32,000 nucleotides of DNA from an uncultured Rhodohalobacter sp. (GTDB taxonomy: Bacteria > Bacteroidota > Rhodothermia > Balneolales > Balneolaceae). Below the pieces are notes generated by a model. The model made no database searches. It saw only the letters and a list, made by a program, of their open reading frames with translations, and was not told where the DNA came from. Location: positions 4,420 to 36,419 of the forward strand of contig CAYRDO010000010.1 of assembly GCA_964422985.1 (NCBI GenBank). The letters run 5' to 3'. Made by a program: the position numbers and the translations under genes. Numbering within the stretch: position 1 is the first letter of the stretch; each line of letters begins with the position of its first letter. Positions 1 to 8,520 of the stretch are shown piece after piece.

Positions 1-460
1 ATTTTTGCTCGGCAATCAATTTTGTCGTCAGAAATTCCTGGTCTTTAAGCGATCGCTGAAGCTCTCCCTGTTTCAAGGGCATACATTCTGTGAAATCTAG
101 TTCAATCCCGATCTCTTCAAATGATCGTTTTACAACTCCCAGAAGATGGATGATGAATTCCCGGAAAAGATCTTTAGTAATTTCGTTTTGTTCGGATTCC
201 TGAACATCAAGAATTACATCGCTTAAAAGCACAATCCAATCGCCGCTGAGGCCAAAAATTATTTCTGAACCAGATAGCTTTTCATTGGCTTTTATAAAAA
301 TTGCCGAACTCTCCAGCTTCTTTACAAATCCATCTTTGTTTTCTTTTGAGCCTTCTGTGGCATCCACTTTGTATTTTCGTAAGAGTACATTTTTCAGAAA
401 GGCTTCCAGAGCCGAAATATGTTTCTCAATCCCGGTTTTCCAAACTTTCGTATCCATCAT
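1..460 (-). CDS. Partial CDS directly downstream of fliM; probable FliN/FliY-family switch protein, N-terminal part (gene continues beyond window start)
   Basis: Absent from the ORF track because it runs off the edge. I translated the minus strand from the ATG at 460-458: MMDTKVWKTGIEKHISALEAFLKNVLLRKYKVDATEGSKENKDGFVKKLESSAIFIKANEKLSGSEIIFGLSGDWIVLLSDVILDVQESEQNEITKDLFREF... There is no stop through position 1; I checked every triplet. ATGA overlap with the fliM stop (457-459). The call rests on operon position only, because the diagnostic C-terminal FliN/SpoA domain lies outside the window. Confidence 0.4.
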   Translation of the reverse strand, partial: MMDTKVWKTGIEKHISALEAFLKNVLLRKYKVDATEGSKENKDGFVKKLESSAIFIKANEKLSGSEIIFGLSGDWIVLLSDVILDVQESEQNEITKDLFREFIIHLLGVVKRSFEEIGIELDFTECMPLKQGELQRSLKDQEFLTTKLIAEQK

Positions 461-1437
461 TCGTCCTCATTTGGGTTTAGCGAATTCATAACGTTAAAAA
501 TCTTTACAGCTTTTTTGCCCCTCATTACGCCGGGGTATCCTTCCATTTTTTGTTTCCCGTTGATCTTAATTTGAAGTGGTTGTTCGATCTGTTGGTGAAG
601 CTTAATTACATCGCCTTTTTGGAGTTCAGCAAGCTTTTCCATTGAAATTTTTGTCTCTCCCAGGATTACATTCAAATCAACCTGCGAATTTTTTACAGAT
701 TCCTGGAACCTCTTTTTTTCAGCAATACTCAACCTGCTCTCAGCACCCGATCTTTCAGCTCCGTGAATAGAAAGGGTCATTTTTTCTTTGAGAAGTGAAT
801 AGGGATAACAAAAGATTAATGGAACAGATATGTCTTGAAATTTTATACCGTAACGGACAACAATGCCGGGAATATGGCTTGAAATGGTTCGTATGTTCGC
901 CGGTTTACTTTCATAAATATGATTACGGATCGTGAGGTTTAAGTATGGTTCCCAAACATGAGTAAGCTCTTTAAAAATTTTCTTAACAATGCGGGTAACA
1001 ATCCTCTCTTCTATGACAGTCAGTAACCTGGGTTCCTGCGAAAAATATTCACGGCTGCCCCCCTGCCGTTCAATGCAATAAAGACAAAAAGAAGGATTCA
1101 TTTGCATCAGAGCCCAATTATCAACCTCTGCAATATCAAACAAAAACAGAGCTGTCGGACTTTCCATCGAGTTCATAAACTCAGAATAGATCACTTCATG
1201 GATTTGCCGCAAGCCAACTTCAATTTTCTCTCCGATTGAATCGGTGAACATCCGATTCAAATTGAGAGACAGCATTTCATGAATGTTGTAAAGAGTTCGT
1301 AAATTTTCCTTACTAACAAGTTTTGGATGCTTAAAATCGTATTCTTTTAAATCCCGATCAGATAGATCATCCCCTTGAAATACAAATGTTTTTTTACTCC
1401 TGTCGGATGACGTAAATGACGGATTTTCGTGAGACAT
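457..1437 (-). CDS. fliM: Flagellar motor switch protein FliM
   Basis: 326 aa, ATG start. Shows the FliM hallmark YDFKHPKLVSKENLRTLYNIHE near the N-terminus. The C-terminal SpoA-like segment (GDVIKLHQQIEQPLQIKINGKQKMEGYPG) is also present. Sits after fliL as in fla operons. Confidence 0.93.
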   Translation of the reverse strand: MSHENPSFTSSDRSKKTFVFQGDDLSDRDLKEYDFKHPKLVSKENLRTLYNIHEMLSLNLNRMFTDSIGEKIEVGLRQIHEVIYSEFMNSMESPTALFLFDIAEVDNWALMQMNPSFCLYCIERQGGSREYFSQEPRLLTVIEERIVTRIVKKIFKELTHVWEPYLNLTIRNHIYESKPANIRTISSHIPGIVVRYGIKFQDISVPLIFCYPYSLLKEKMTLSIHGAERSGAESRLSIAEKKRFQESVKNSQVDLNVILGETKISMEKLAELQKGDVIKLHQQIEQPLQIKINGKQKMEGYPGVMRGKKAVKIFNVMNSLNPNEDE

Positions 1438-1451
1438 ATTTTGTTCATTCT

Positions 1452-1946
1452 TTACTGCAATACGTACTTAGTAATGAACAAATTTCGTACCACTTTTTGA
1501 TTCAGAGTCTCGTTAACCATCACCCCTATCTCTTGCTTGATTCGATTCCGGCTCTCAACGCTAATCAGCTCCTGGGCAGTTTTTGTTGAGAGGATAATAT
1601 TCAAATTGTCGATAATCTGGGCGTTATTCTGCTCTAACATGGCCATTTCGTCGTTTGATTCCACTTCAACCACCACAGTAAGGATTAAATAGCGCTCCCC
1701 GTTAGATTCAGCAGGATTTATAATGACATCTTCGATAGCATAAAAATAGCGCTCCTCAGATTCAAAACTTCCAATCCAATTCTGTATGTCGGTGTAATAA
1801 AAATGATAAACCCCATATGCAGCCAAAGTTTGAAGCAAAATAATACCTGAATAGAGGAAAATTTTTCCATAACGGCTAAAGAAATTGCCGTCTTCCGATT
1901 GTGGTTCTTCTGCATTTTCTGGGTTATCAGTTACTGTCTCTTCCAT
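1452..1946 (-). CDS. fliL: Flagellar basal-body-associated protein FliL
   Basis: Single N-terminal TM helix (IFLYSGIILLQTLAAYGVY) and the FliL C-terminal signature ...RNRIKQEIGVMVNETLNQKVVRNLFITKYVLQ. The track start at 1961 is a TTG, so I prefer the first ATG at 1946 (MEETVTD...). This overlaps the motB 3' end by 20 nt. Confidence 0.85.
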   Translation of the reverse strand: MEETVTDNPENAEEPQSEDGNFFSRYGKIFLYSGIILLQTLAAYGVYHFYYTDIQNWIGSFESEERYFYAIEDVIINPAESNGERYLILTVVVEVESNDEMAMLEQNNAQIIDNLNIILSTKTAQELISVESRNRIKQEIGVMVNETLNQKVVRNLFITKYVLQ

Positions 1947-2694
1947 AACTCTGCATATCAATAGTTGAAGTGTTCTCGTCTATAACTGAATTGGGAGACC
2001 CATTTTGTAATGTCTGTTCATAACGCACGTAAATTTCAACCCGTCGATTCTCCCTTCTTCTCTCGGGAGTATCGTTTGTGGTTAGCGGACGATAAGGCCC
2101 GTATGAACTTGCTTTAAAATATCTGCCCTCGATCGGGGTTTGATTCACAAAAAATTCCAACACCGATGTGGCACGTGCCGCACCAAGCTCCCAGTTTGAC
2201 TGAAATCGCCTGGCTCCTTCCAGAATCGGGCGATTATCTGTATAACCGGAAATCTCAATTTCCTCTATATCTTCAGCCGTATATCTGTGCAAATTTTGAG
2301 CGATCTTTCTGAGGATTTCTTGAGCAGTTGGTTTTAGCTCAGCCGAATATGAATCAAAAGTTACTTTTTCACCGAGTGTGATTCGAATACCTTCGGGCAT
2401 TAAATCCAACTGTACCTGGCTTGCCAGATTTTCGTTTTCAAGATGCCTTTGAAAATTCTCCCAATTTTTTGCTCGCTGCTCCCGGCGAACGTTGAGAGGT
2501 GTTGAATCCACTACAGATCTATATTCCAACACACCGTCATTTTGCTGAAATGCTCCTATAATGGCCTGGAATTTTTCCCTTTGAATACCCGGTGTAAGAG
2601 TATAAATGAGAATAAAAAAGATTAACAACAGGGTGATAAAATCTGCATACGTTGTTAACCAGTCGTCTCCAGAGTTTTCAGTAGATCTTGCCAT
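1927..2694 (-). CDS. motB: Flagellar motor stator protein MotB (OmpA-like peptidoglycan-binding C-terminus)
   Basis: Contains DDWLTTYADFITLLLIFFILIY, the plug/TM region with the conserved Asp. The OmpA-like motif is present: ISGYTDNRPI...SNWELGAARATSVLEFF...NRRVEIYV. The track start at 2718 is a TTG; the first ATG is at 2694 (MARSTENSGDDW). Either start overlaps motA by 40-64 nt. Confidence 0.9.
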   Translation of the reverse strand: MARSTENSGDDWLTTYADFITLLLIFFILIYTLTPGIQREKFQAIIGAFQQNDGVLEYRSVVDSTPLNVRREQRAKNWENFQRHLENENLASQVQLDLMPEGIRITLGEKVTFDSYSAELKPTAQEILRKIAQNLHRYTAEDIEEIEISGYTDNRPILEGARRFQSNWELGAARATSVLEFFVNQTPIEGRYFKASSYGPYRPLTTNDTPERRRENRRVEIYVRYEQTLQNGSPNSVIDENTSTIDMQSYGRDSN

Positions 2695-3533
2695 GAGTTG
2701 TTCTGGTGGTGTGACCAAATTTCGTAGAGCTTTTCTTCACGCTCCTTGTTAAAAGATTGTTCCTGAAAGTATTGGCGATACTCTGATCGTTCCTGGGGCG
2801 ACACATAGTTGAGCATCTTGTTTTCCATCAGGCGTGGGTTTTCCTCATCTACAATGGAAATAATGGCTGACATAAACATCTGTTTTCTTACGATCTGTAA
2901 TTCTCCAAGGTGATCCAGTTTACCGGCTAACGGCTTGAAAACCATATTTGCGAAAACTGTACCATAGAGAGTGGTTAGCAGTGCTACAGAAAGCCCCGCT
3001 CCAAGTGATGAAGGATCCTCAATATTCTGAAGCATGAGTACCAAACCGATGACGGTTCCAATCATTCCGAAAGCAGGAGCATAACCGGCCATACTCATCA
3101 GAACATCCACACTTTTATTCAGATTTCTCCGCGAGCTTTCCAGCTGATCCTGCAGGATAGTGATCAGAGCTCTTTTTTCTGTCCCGTCAATTGCAAGCTG
3201 TAGTCCGTTTCGAAGAAACTCAGACTCAACGTCCCGAATATCCCCTTCGATTCGTAATAACCCGTCTCGCCGGGCCCTCCTGGAAAACATGTTCATCAAC
3301 TCAATATCAGTGCGTAAATCATGTTCCGGCGCACTTAATGTTTTAAACAACAGAGAAAATGTATTATTCACTTCTCCAATGCTATAGTTAACGATAGATG
3401 CTGCCAGGAGCCCTCCATTTACAATCAAGAAAGATGAAGTACTCAGAAAAAGTGTCAGATCTCCCTGGAGGGCAATTGCCACATATATCAGCAAAAAACC
3501 TCCAAAAAACCCTATAACTGTTGATCTGTCCAA
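2655..3533 (-). CDS. motA: Flagellar motor stator protein MotA
   Basis: 292 aa of the MotA/TolQ/ExbB channel family: MDRSTVIGFFGG... at the N-terminus and MAGYAPAFGMIGTVIGLVLML...ALLTTLYGTVFANMVFKPLAGKL. The start codon is TTG at 3533. An in-frame TAA lies 7 codons upstream, and no ATG occurs before about residue 80. Confidence 0.92.
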   Translation of the reverse strand: MDRSTVIGFFGGFLLIYVAIALQGDLTLFLSTSSFLIVNGGLLAASIVNYSIGEVNNTFSLLFKTLSAPEHDLRTDIELMNMFSRRARRDGLLRIEGDIRDVESEFLRNGLQLAIDGTEKRALITILQDQLESSRRNLNKSVDVLMSMAGYAPAFGMIGTVIGLVLMLQNIEDPSSLGAGLSVALLTTLYGTVFANMVFKPLAGKLDHLGELQIVRKQMFMSAIISIVDEENPRLMENKMLNYVSPQERSEYRQYFQEQSFNKEREEKLYEIWSHHQNNSWQDLLKTLETTG

Positions 3534-3578
3534 TTTTACTACTGTTGCTGCTTAATAATTAATAGAAAGTAGTATCAG

Positions 3579-3605
3579 TTATCGGTTCACCTCCCGCTTT
3601 CTTAA
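3579..3605 (-). promoter_or_regulatory. Candidate sigma-28 (FliA/SigD)-type promoter upstream of motA
   Basis: The minus strand reads TTAAG-N14-ACCGATAA. The consensus is TAAA-N15-GCCGATAA. The -10-like CCGATAA occupies plus 3579-3585, about 46 nt upstream of the motA TTG. It lies in the only sizeable non-coding gap (157 nt) of the cluster. The -35 element and spacer are imperfect. Confidence 0.25.
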
Positions 3606-3690
3606 ACTTTTATTAGAAAATTTTTATCCAATGAAATGCCCTGCGATTCAGGCGGACAATCGAGTTTTAGGATTTAGGATGTATCAACTA

Positions 3691-4929
3691 TTATCGTTTA
3701 AGATTTACCACCTCTTGAAGTAGTTCATCGGCAGTGGTAATAACCCGGGCATTAGACTGATAGGCTCTTTGAGAAGTAATCATATCTGTGAACTCACGTG
3801 CGAGATCTACATTTGAACCTTCCAAAACACCCGAATTCATACTGGTTTCCGACATATCCGATGCGGTTTTAAACGAGACCTCTCCACTGGATTCCGTACC
3901 CCTGTAGAGTCCGTTTCCAACCATCTCAAGCCCCATCGGATTAGAAACATCTCCAAGAGCTATTTGAGCCAATACAGCATTTCGCCCATTATCATATACA
4001 CCGTTGATAAATCCGTCGTCATCAATATTGAAATCGACCAATTTACCTTGTGTATATCCGTCTTGTGAAACGATTGTGGCTGAATTGGAACCTGAAAACT
4101 GTGTCATTCGCGAACCTTCCGCCGGATTCCCAAAATTCATCGTAAACGCTACAGGATCTGCGCCATTCCCGGGATCGAACTCAATATTAAAGCTATCGCC
4201 GGCTACAAGTTCACCGGAGCTGTCGAACTCGAGAGTTCCCGTGGCACCGCTTGTAACGGTTTCGCCATTCAAAAAACTGGCTTGGTATTCCCATTCATTC
4301 GGTGCAGCCTGAGGAGTCAGATCAATCACAAGTGTATGTGAATCTCCAAGTCCGTCGTACACAGTAGTACTCATCGTTTGCGGTTCTGTTGCCTCTGCAT
4401 CTACATTTCCTGCTGCAAATACATTCTGTGTTGACTGCGGATCGTATACATTTTCAAAATCCACCCGTACATCTCCGGTGGTGCCGCTGTTTACAATATT
4501 GCCGTCAGTATCAGCATTATATCCCTGGACAAAACGACCTGCCTGGTCCACCAAAAATCCGTCTTTATTAAAATCGAAGTTTCCGGCTCTTGTCAGGTAT
4601 TTCTGCTCTCCTTCCGAGACCATAAAAAAGCCGTCTCCTTCGATCGCAATATCTGTGGCACGGCCGGTCGACTGAAGGCTGCCCTGGTTAAAGTTCCGGC
4701 TGATGGATGAAATACGAACCCCAAGACCAACCTGAGCAGCTGATGTCGGAGCCGATTCTGATCCACCACTTGAACTAATCTTTTGATTCAGCATTTCGGA
4801 AAAAGAGATTCGGGATGACTTAAACCCGATCGTTTCCACATTCGCAATATTATTTCCTATGATGTCCATTTTGGTTTGAAAGCCACGAAGGCCGCTTACA
4901 CCAGAATTGAGTGATTTCATTAAAGACAT
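3691..4929 (-). CDS. flgE: Flagellar hook protein FlgE
   Basis: 412 aa. N-terminal rod/hook motif SGVSGLRGFQTKMDIIGNNIANVETIGFK. C-terminal motif LEGSNVDLAREFTDMITSQRAYQSNARVITTADELLQEVVNLKR. Confidence 0.95.
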   Translation of the reverse strand: MSLMKSLNSGVSGLRGFQTKMDIIGNNIANVETIGFKSSRISFSEMLNQKISSSGGSESAPTSAAQVGLGVRISSISRNFNQGSLQSTGRATDIAIEGDGFFMVSEGEQKYLTRAGNFDFNKDGFLVDQAGRFVQGYNADTDGNIVNSGTTGDVRVDFENVYDPQSTQNVFAAGNVDAEATEPQTMSTTVYDGLGDSHTLVIDLTPQAAPNEWEYQASFLNGETVTSGATGTLEFDSSGELVAGDSFNIEFDPGNGADPVAFTMNFGNPAEGSRMTQFSGSNSATIVSQDGYTQGKLVDFNIDDDGFINGVYDNGRNAVLAQIALGDVSNPMGLEMVGNGLYRGTESSGEVSFKTASDMSETSMNSGVLEGSNVDLAREFTDMITSQRAYQSNARVITTADELLQEVVNLKR

Positions 4930-5014
4930 AATGTTACCTCTTTGTTTTATGGCAGTCGCTGTCGTTTGACTACCGTCGGCCTCCCGAATGGGTCCGGCCT
5001 GTTTGTTTTGATTA

Positions 5015-5401
5015 CTATTTACGTTTAGTTAAAACTGTACTGTCGATATTTGTAAATACTCTTTCTCGAAGTTCTGTGATATCCACAGCCGTTACGACTG
5101 TTTTGTTGGGAATATTTACCAGGAATGCCTGTTCTCCATCCAGCACCAGCGAGTCTTTGCTTCCCTTCTGCTCCGCCCTTTCCACAGCCTCTTGCAGGCG
5201 CATCATGTCATTTTCATCCATTGGGATGGATCTGGATTCCAAGCGTTCCATTGCATGTCCCGAAAATCGAAGTGAGTCGGTTTTTTTCAGAACTTCTTTA
5301 AAAGAAGCAGATTCCTTGCCGGCTGAAGCATCATCACTTTTCTTTCCCGGGGACTGTTTAACATCAGGAGAAATTCGTCCGGTAAGATGTCGAACATCCA
5401 T
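5015..5401 (-). CDS. Small flagellar operon protein (TIGR02530-like family found next to flgD/flgE in Firmicutes/Spirochaetes)
   Basis: 128 aa. FSGHAMERLESRSIPMDENDMMRLQEAVERAEQKGSKDSLVLDGEQAFLVNIPNKTVVTAVD...VFTNIDSTVL matches my recollection of that family's core (xSxHAxxRLxxRxI ... KGxKDSLVL ... NTVVTA ... FTNIDG). It lies between flgD and flgE. Confidence 0.7.
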   Translation of the reverse strand: MDVRHLTGRISPDVKQSPGKKSDDASAGKESASFKEVLKKTDSLRFSGHAMERLESRSIPMDENDMMRLQEAVERAEQKGSKDSLVLDGEQAFLVNIPNKTVVTAVDITELRERVFTNIDSTVLTKRK

Positions 5402-5428
5402 GGTTATTTACTTTGGTTTAAAAAGTTT

Positions 5429-6103
5429 TCAGGAACTAATTTCTTCAATGTTACCGATGGAGATATACGCTCCGTTTACCAGCAATTTCACACCCTCTTC
5501 GGTGTATTTTACACTCTCGGCTATTCCACGTGTAAACGTTATAGATTCTACATCGCCGTTTTCATTTTGGGCCTTTATCTCGAAGGAGTAAGTACCCTCC
5601 GGTACCGATTCACCCGTGTTGGATGTTCCATCCCAGGTCCAGCTTTGATCTCCATTGCCAAGACTTCCGAGCTGTTCCGAACGCACGATATTTCCTATCG
5701 AATCGGTGATAACTACCTCGGCCTCTGTTGATGCATTTTTAAGTTTAAAATCGATCACTGCACTTCCATCTTTCAGAGAAACCTGGTTGCTCAGTCCCTT
5801 CACCTCTTTTCCAACCAGTGAAGCAGCCATCGAGTTATTCAAACCGCTGTTCAGATCTTGTTGGCTTTGGGCAAGCATCTCAATTCCTTTGTTTACATTA
5901 ATCAGTTGCTCTACCGAATTAAACTGGGCCAATTGAGCGGCAAACTCTTTTCCGTCCATCGGATTGATGGGATCCTGGTTTCTCATTTGGGTCACCAAAA
6001 GCTTCAGAAAGTCATTTTTACCCAAGCTTGTGTTCCCAATATTTCCACTTTTTGAGTTACCGCTCAGTTGTTGTGATTGTGATGAAATATTTCCAATATC
6101 CAT
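5429..6103 (-). CDS. flgD: Flagellar hook assembly/capping protein FlgD
   Basis: 224 aa. Carries LGKNDFLKLLVTQMRNQDPINPMDGKEFAAQLAQFNSVEQL, the FlgD N-terminal signature. A C-terminal Ig-like FlgD domain is present (WTWDGTSNTGESVPEGTYSFEI). Confidence 0.93.
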   Translation of the reverse strand: MDIGNISSQSQQLSGNSKSGNIGNTSLGKNDFLKLLVTQMRNQDPINPMDGKEFAAQLAQFNSVEQLINVNKGIEMLAQSQQDLNSGLNNSMAASLVGKEVKGLSNQVSLKDGSAVIDFKLKNASTEAEVVITDSIGNIVRSEQLGSLGNGDQSWTWDGTSNTGESVPEGTYSFEIKAQNENGDVESITFTRGIAESVKYTEEGVKLLVNGAYISIGNIEEISS

Positions 6104-6116
6104 TAAATTCTCCGTT

Positions 6117-7976
6117 TTAAGCTGTCCACTCGTTCTGATTAAATCCTAAATAACGTGTTCGTGTTTTTGAGCCGCCGTCCACTGCTTCGGCATGTTGTAT
6201 TGATGCACCTGTGCCATTATTGGACTCCTGTTTTCCATTCCCTGAATTCTGATTGTTATCATTAAAATCTGCCTGCTGATCTCCGAATTGCTGCAATTGA
6301 AGATCAATATCGATGTTCATCTGCTCCTGCAAATGTTGTCGAATCTCATTGATATGTTGTACCAAAATCTTATTCAATTCACTATTTCCGGCGCCAAGTT
6401 GTAATTGCATCACACCTTCAGCCTGTCTCACGGCTACATTCACTGAATCTCCGCTCTCCAACACAAAACGGTGCTGACTCCAATTCTTTGCTGTTCCCAA
6501 AGCGGATTGATCAGCTTGTTTTTGCAAATGTTTTATCATCGTTGTACTGAAATCTCTGCGACCGGAGCTTTTTGTCAATTGATTAAAACTTGTGTTATTC
6601 AATTTCACAAAAGATTTTCCTTCCTCACGATCCCTGCTTTCCGTATCCGCTTGTGATTGGAACTCGAGATTTACATCAATCTTTTGAGTCTCAATTTTTA
6701 CCACTGGTTTAAAATCCGCGTCATTCTTTGTGATCTCCGAAATTGAAGAAACCTGGATTGGTTTGGACTGAGATTTATCCACAAGCTTAGCCGGAGATAC
6801 TTTTTTTGTCTTCTGAGTTTCCGATTGACGGGTTATCAATTCTCGTATTTTCTTCAGATCATCATCCGGAAGATTTTTCGACAAATCTACGTCCGCTTCC
6901 AGCTTTGGATCCGACTGAGAGCTTAAATTCTTCGTCAGTAACCCGCTTGTTTCTTTTGAGTTAAAGAAAAGGCCCGATTCTTTTGATTCAGAATTTATCT
7001 GCTGATGCCCCGATCCATTCTGTGGCTGAGGACCTTTTTCCGCCTTCGTCTCAGCATTGTTTGAAAACAGGCGCATCACATCCTTCAACGTCAACTTTTG
7101 CGATTGTTGATTATCCGCTGGTTGATTTCCATTGTTGACACTTTCCTTCACTTCACCCTGCTGCGAACCAGCAGTCGCCATAAATCCTAACCTGTTATTT
7201 GACCGTAGTTGTTTGGATGGGGCCGCCTCTTTATCTGACTTGGAGATCTGTTTTGAATCAGAGGCAAATGCAATTTCAATATCGGTTTCAGGCGTGATTC
7301 CAGCGACGGTTTGTTTCAAAGAATGTTGCTCAGCTTGACTCGAAAGTCGTCGGAAAATTTTCATCAATTGATTCTGAATATTTTCCTTTTCCTGGGCCGT
7401 TAATTCTGTATTGGAATCCGGAATCGTAAGTACAAACTTTTCACCGGATCTTTTTATTTGAAATCCATCTATTAACCCATTGATAGATTTAAGGTTAGGT
7501 TTATCTGTCTCAACCTTTTCTAAATGATTTTCTCCTCCATGTCCAAGCTGATTTGGATCTATCTTTTCCAGATTCTCTGGCGATATCCATTGTTCTCTTC
7601 CCCCTGTCATCTGAATAAGATTGCTAAGCTGCCTTAAAACTTCATCAGGTAAATCCTTTAATTGGACCTTGTTTATCAAATCAGATGAACTCCTTTTTTC
7701 CCCTTCTGCAGAGTTTACCAAATCCATTTCGATTTTTCTTCCCGGTTTTCCCGCTAACAATTCATCAAAAGAATCAAAGTCATTGTTTTTTAATTTGAGT
7801 GCCGGTTCATCATTACTGCCTTGATCAACATTCATCCCTAGAAACTCAGTCATAAGCCCCAAAAACGTCTCGCCGCTACCATGCTTTTCAGTAGTTTCAG
7901 TTAGAACTTCACTCCTTGCCTGTGGCAACAATTGATCACTGCTCTGTCCCGCAATTTTCGATTGAAGATTGATCAT
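6117..7976 (-). CDS. fliK: Flagellar hook-length control protein FliK
   Basis: 619 aa. Long low-complexity Q/S/N/E/K-rich body. The C-terminal Flg_hook-like domain reads FVLESGDSVNVAVRQAEGVMQLQLGAGNSELNKILVQHINEIRQHLQEQ. Positioned between the ylxF-like gene and flgD. Confidence 0.8.
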   Translation of the reverse strand: MINLQSKIAGQSSDQLLPQARSEVLTETTEKHGSGETFLGLMTEFLGMNVDQGSNDEPALKLKNNDFDSFDELLAGKPGRKIEMDLVNSAEGEKRSSSDLINKVQLKDLPDEVLRQLSNLIQMTGGREQWISPENLEKIDPNQLGHGGENHLEKVETDKPNLKSINGLIDGFQIKRSGEKFVLTIPDSNTELTAQEKENIQNQLMKIFRRLSSQAEQHSLKQTVAGITPETDIEIAFASDSKQISKSDKEAAPSKQLRSNNRLGFMATAGSQQGEVKESVNNGNQPADNQQSQKLTLKDVMRLFSNNAETKAEKGPQPQNGSGHQQINSESKESGLFFNSKETSGLLTKNLSSQSDPKLEADVDLSKNLPDDDLKKIRELITRQSETQKTKKVSPAKLVDKSQSKPIQVSSISEITKNDADFKPVVKIETQKIDVNLEFQSQADTESRDREEGKSFVKLNNTSFNQLTKSSGRRDFSTTMIKHLQKQADQSALGTAKNWSQHRFVLESGDSVNVAVRQAEGVMQLQLGAGNSELNKILVQHINEIRQHLQEQMNIDIDLQLQQFGDQQADFNDNNQNSGNGKQESNNGTGASIQHAEAVDGGSKTRTRYLGFNQNEWTA

Positions 7977-7979
7977 GAG

Positions 7980-8519
7980 TTATATGATTTCTTTTAAGAT
8001 TACCGCGGCTTTGTCAGAGCCCAACGAACGCAACATCTTAGAACGCTGCATATTATTTGCCGATTTATACAGGCCTATCAATTCATCGTTATCCAGCCTG
8101 TCTAAAATAGGGCTCAATTCTTCCTCATCCAGTTCCAGAAGAGAGCGGGAAACGTTTTTAAACTGTTCGCTCGAACCTTCTTCATCATTCGTTTGTGCGG
8201 TATTGGTTTGCTGCGGAGCCACTTCCATTTGACTTGCCAACTGCTCAAGTGAATCGATTTTTACCTGGCGCTGCTGTTGAATGTTTGTCAATGAATCAAT
8301 GGATTTTTGCAGCTCATTAACCTGTGTTTTTAGGCTATCTGAGGCTTCTAAGCTATAATTGAACGGACTGTTTGCCAGATCAGAGACGCCCCATTCATCC
8401 TCATCTGTTGCCTCCTGTTCAGGTTGCGGATGGAGATATGGATAGAGAAAGTACATGGCGATGAGAATCACCAAAAAAACACCCACGAATTTTCCGGCTG
8501 TTTTTAAGAATCCATTCAT
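7980..8519 (-). CDS. Flagellar-cluster membrane-anchored protein with MgtE-N-like C-terminus (YlxF/MotE/FlbB-like)
   Basis: 179 aa. N-terminal TM helix (FVGVFLVILIAMYFLY), then a coiled-coil middle. The C-terminal segment LSPILDRLDNDELIGLYKSANNMQRSKMLRSLGSDKAAVILKEI resembles the MgtE_N-type repeat of YlxF/MotE. It occupies the same slot (after fliJ) as ylxF in B. subtilis and flbB in Borrelia. Confidence 0.6.
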   Translation of the reverse strand: MNGFLKTAGKFVGVFLVILIAMYFLYPYLHPQPEQEATDEDEWGVSDLANSPFNYSLEASDSLKTQVNELQKSIDSLTNIQQQRQVKIDSLEQLASQMEVAPQQTNTAQTNDEEGSSEQFKNVSRSLLELDEEELSPILDRLDNDELIGLYKSANNMQRSKMLRSLGSDKAAVILKEII

Positions 8520-8520
8520 A

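Noticed and set aside
1348-1437. Apparent absence of the N-terminal CheY-P docking peptide (LSQxEIDxLL) in FliM
   Set aside because: The N-terminus (MSHENPSFTSSDRSKKTFVFQGDDLSDRDLKEYDF) does contain a weak LSDRDL resemblance. By-eye motif absence in a short disordered region is not reliable, and it needs an alignment with orthologues before any claim.
5076-5731. Plus-strand ORFs 5076-5591 (171 aa) and 5387-5731 (114 aa), antisense to the TIGR02530-like gene and flgD
   Set aside because: These are shadow ORFs opposite well-supported minus-strand genes. Their products are low-complexity and Ser/Phe/Leu-rich with no recognisable motif. The same reasoning applies to 3160-3387, 4004-4312, 4389-4675, 5655-6149, 6471-6656, 7132-7338, 7621-7824, 7969-8232, 8455-8787, 9517-9876, 10043-10324, 10399-10635, 11858-12155 and 14251-14622.
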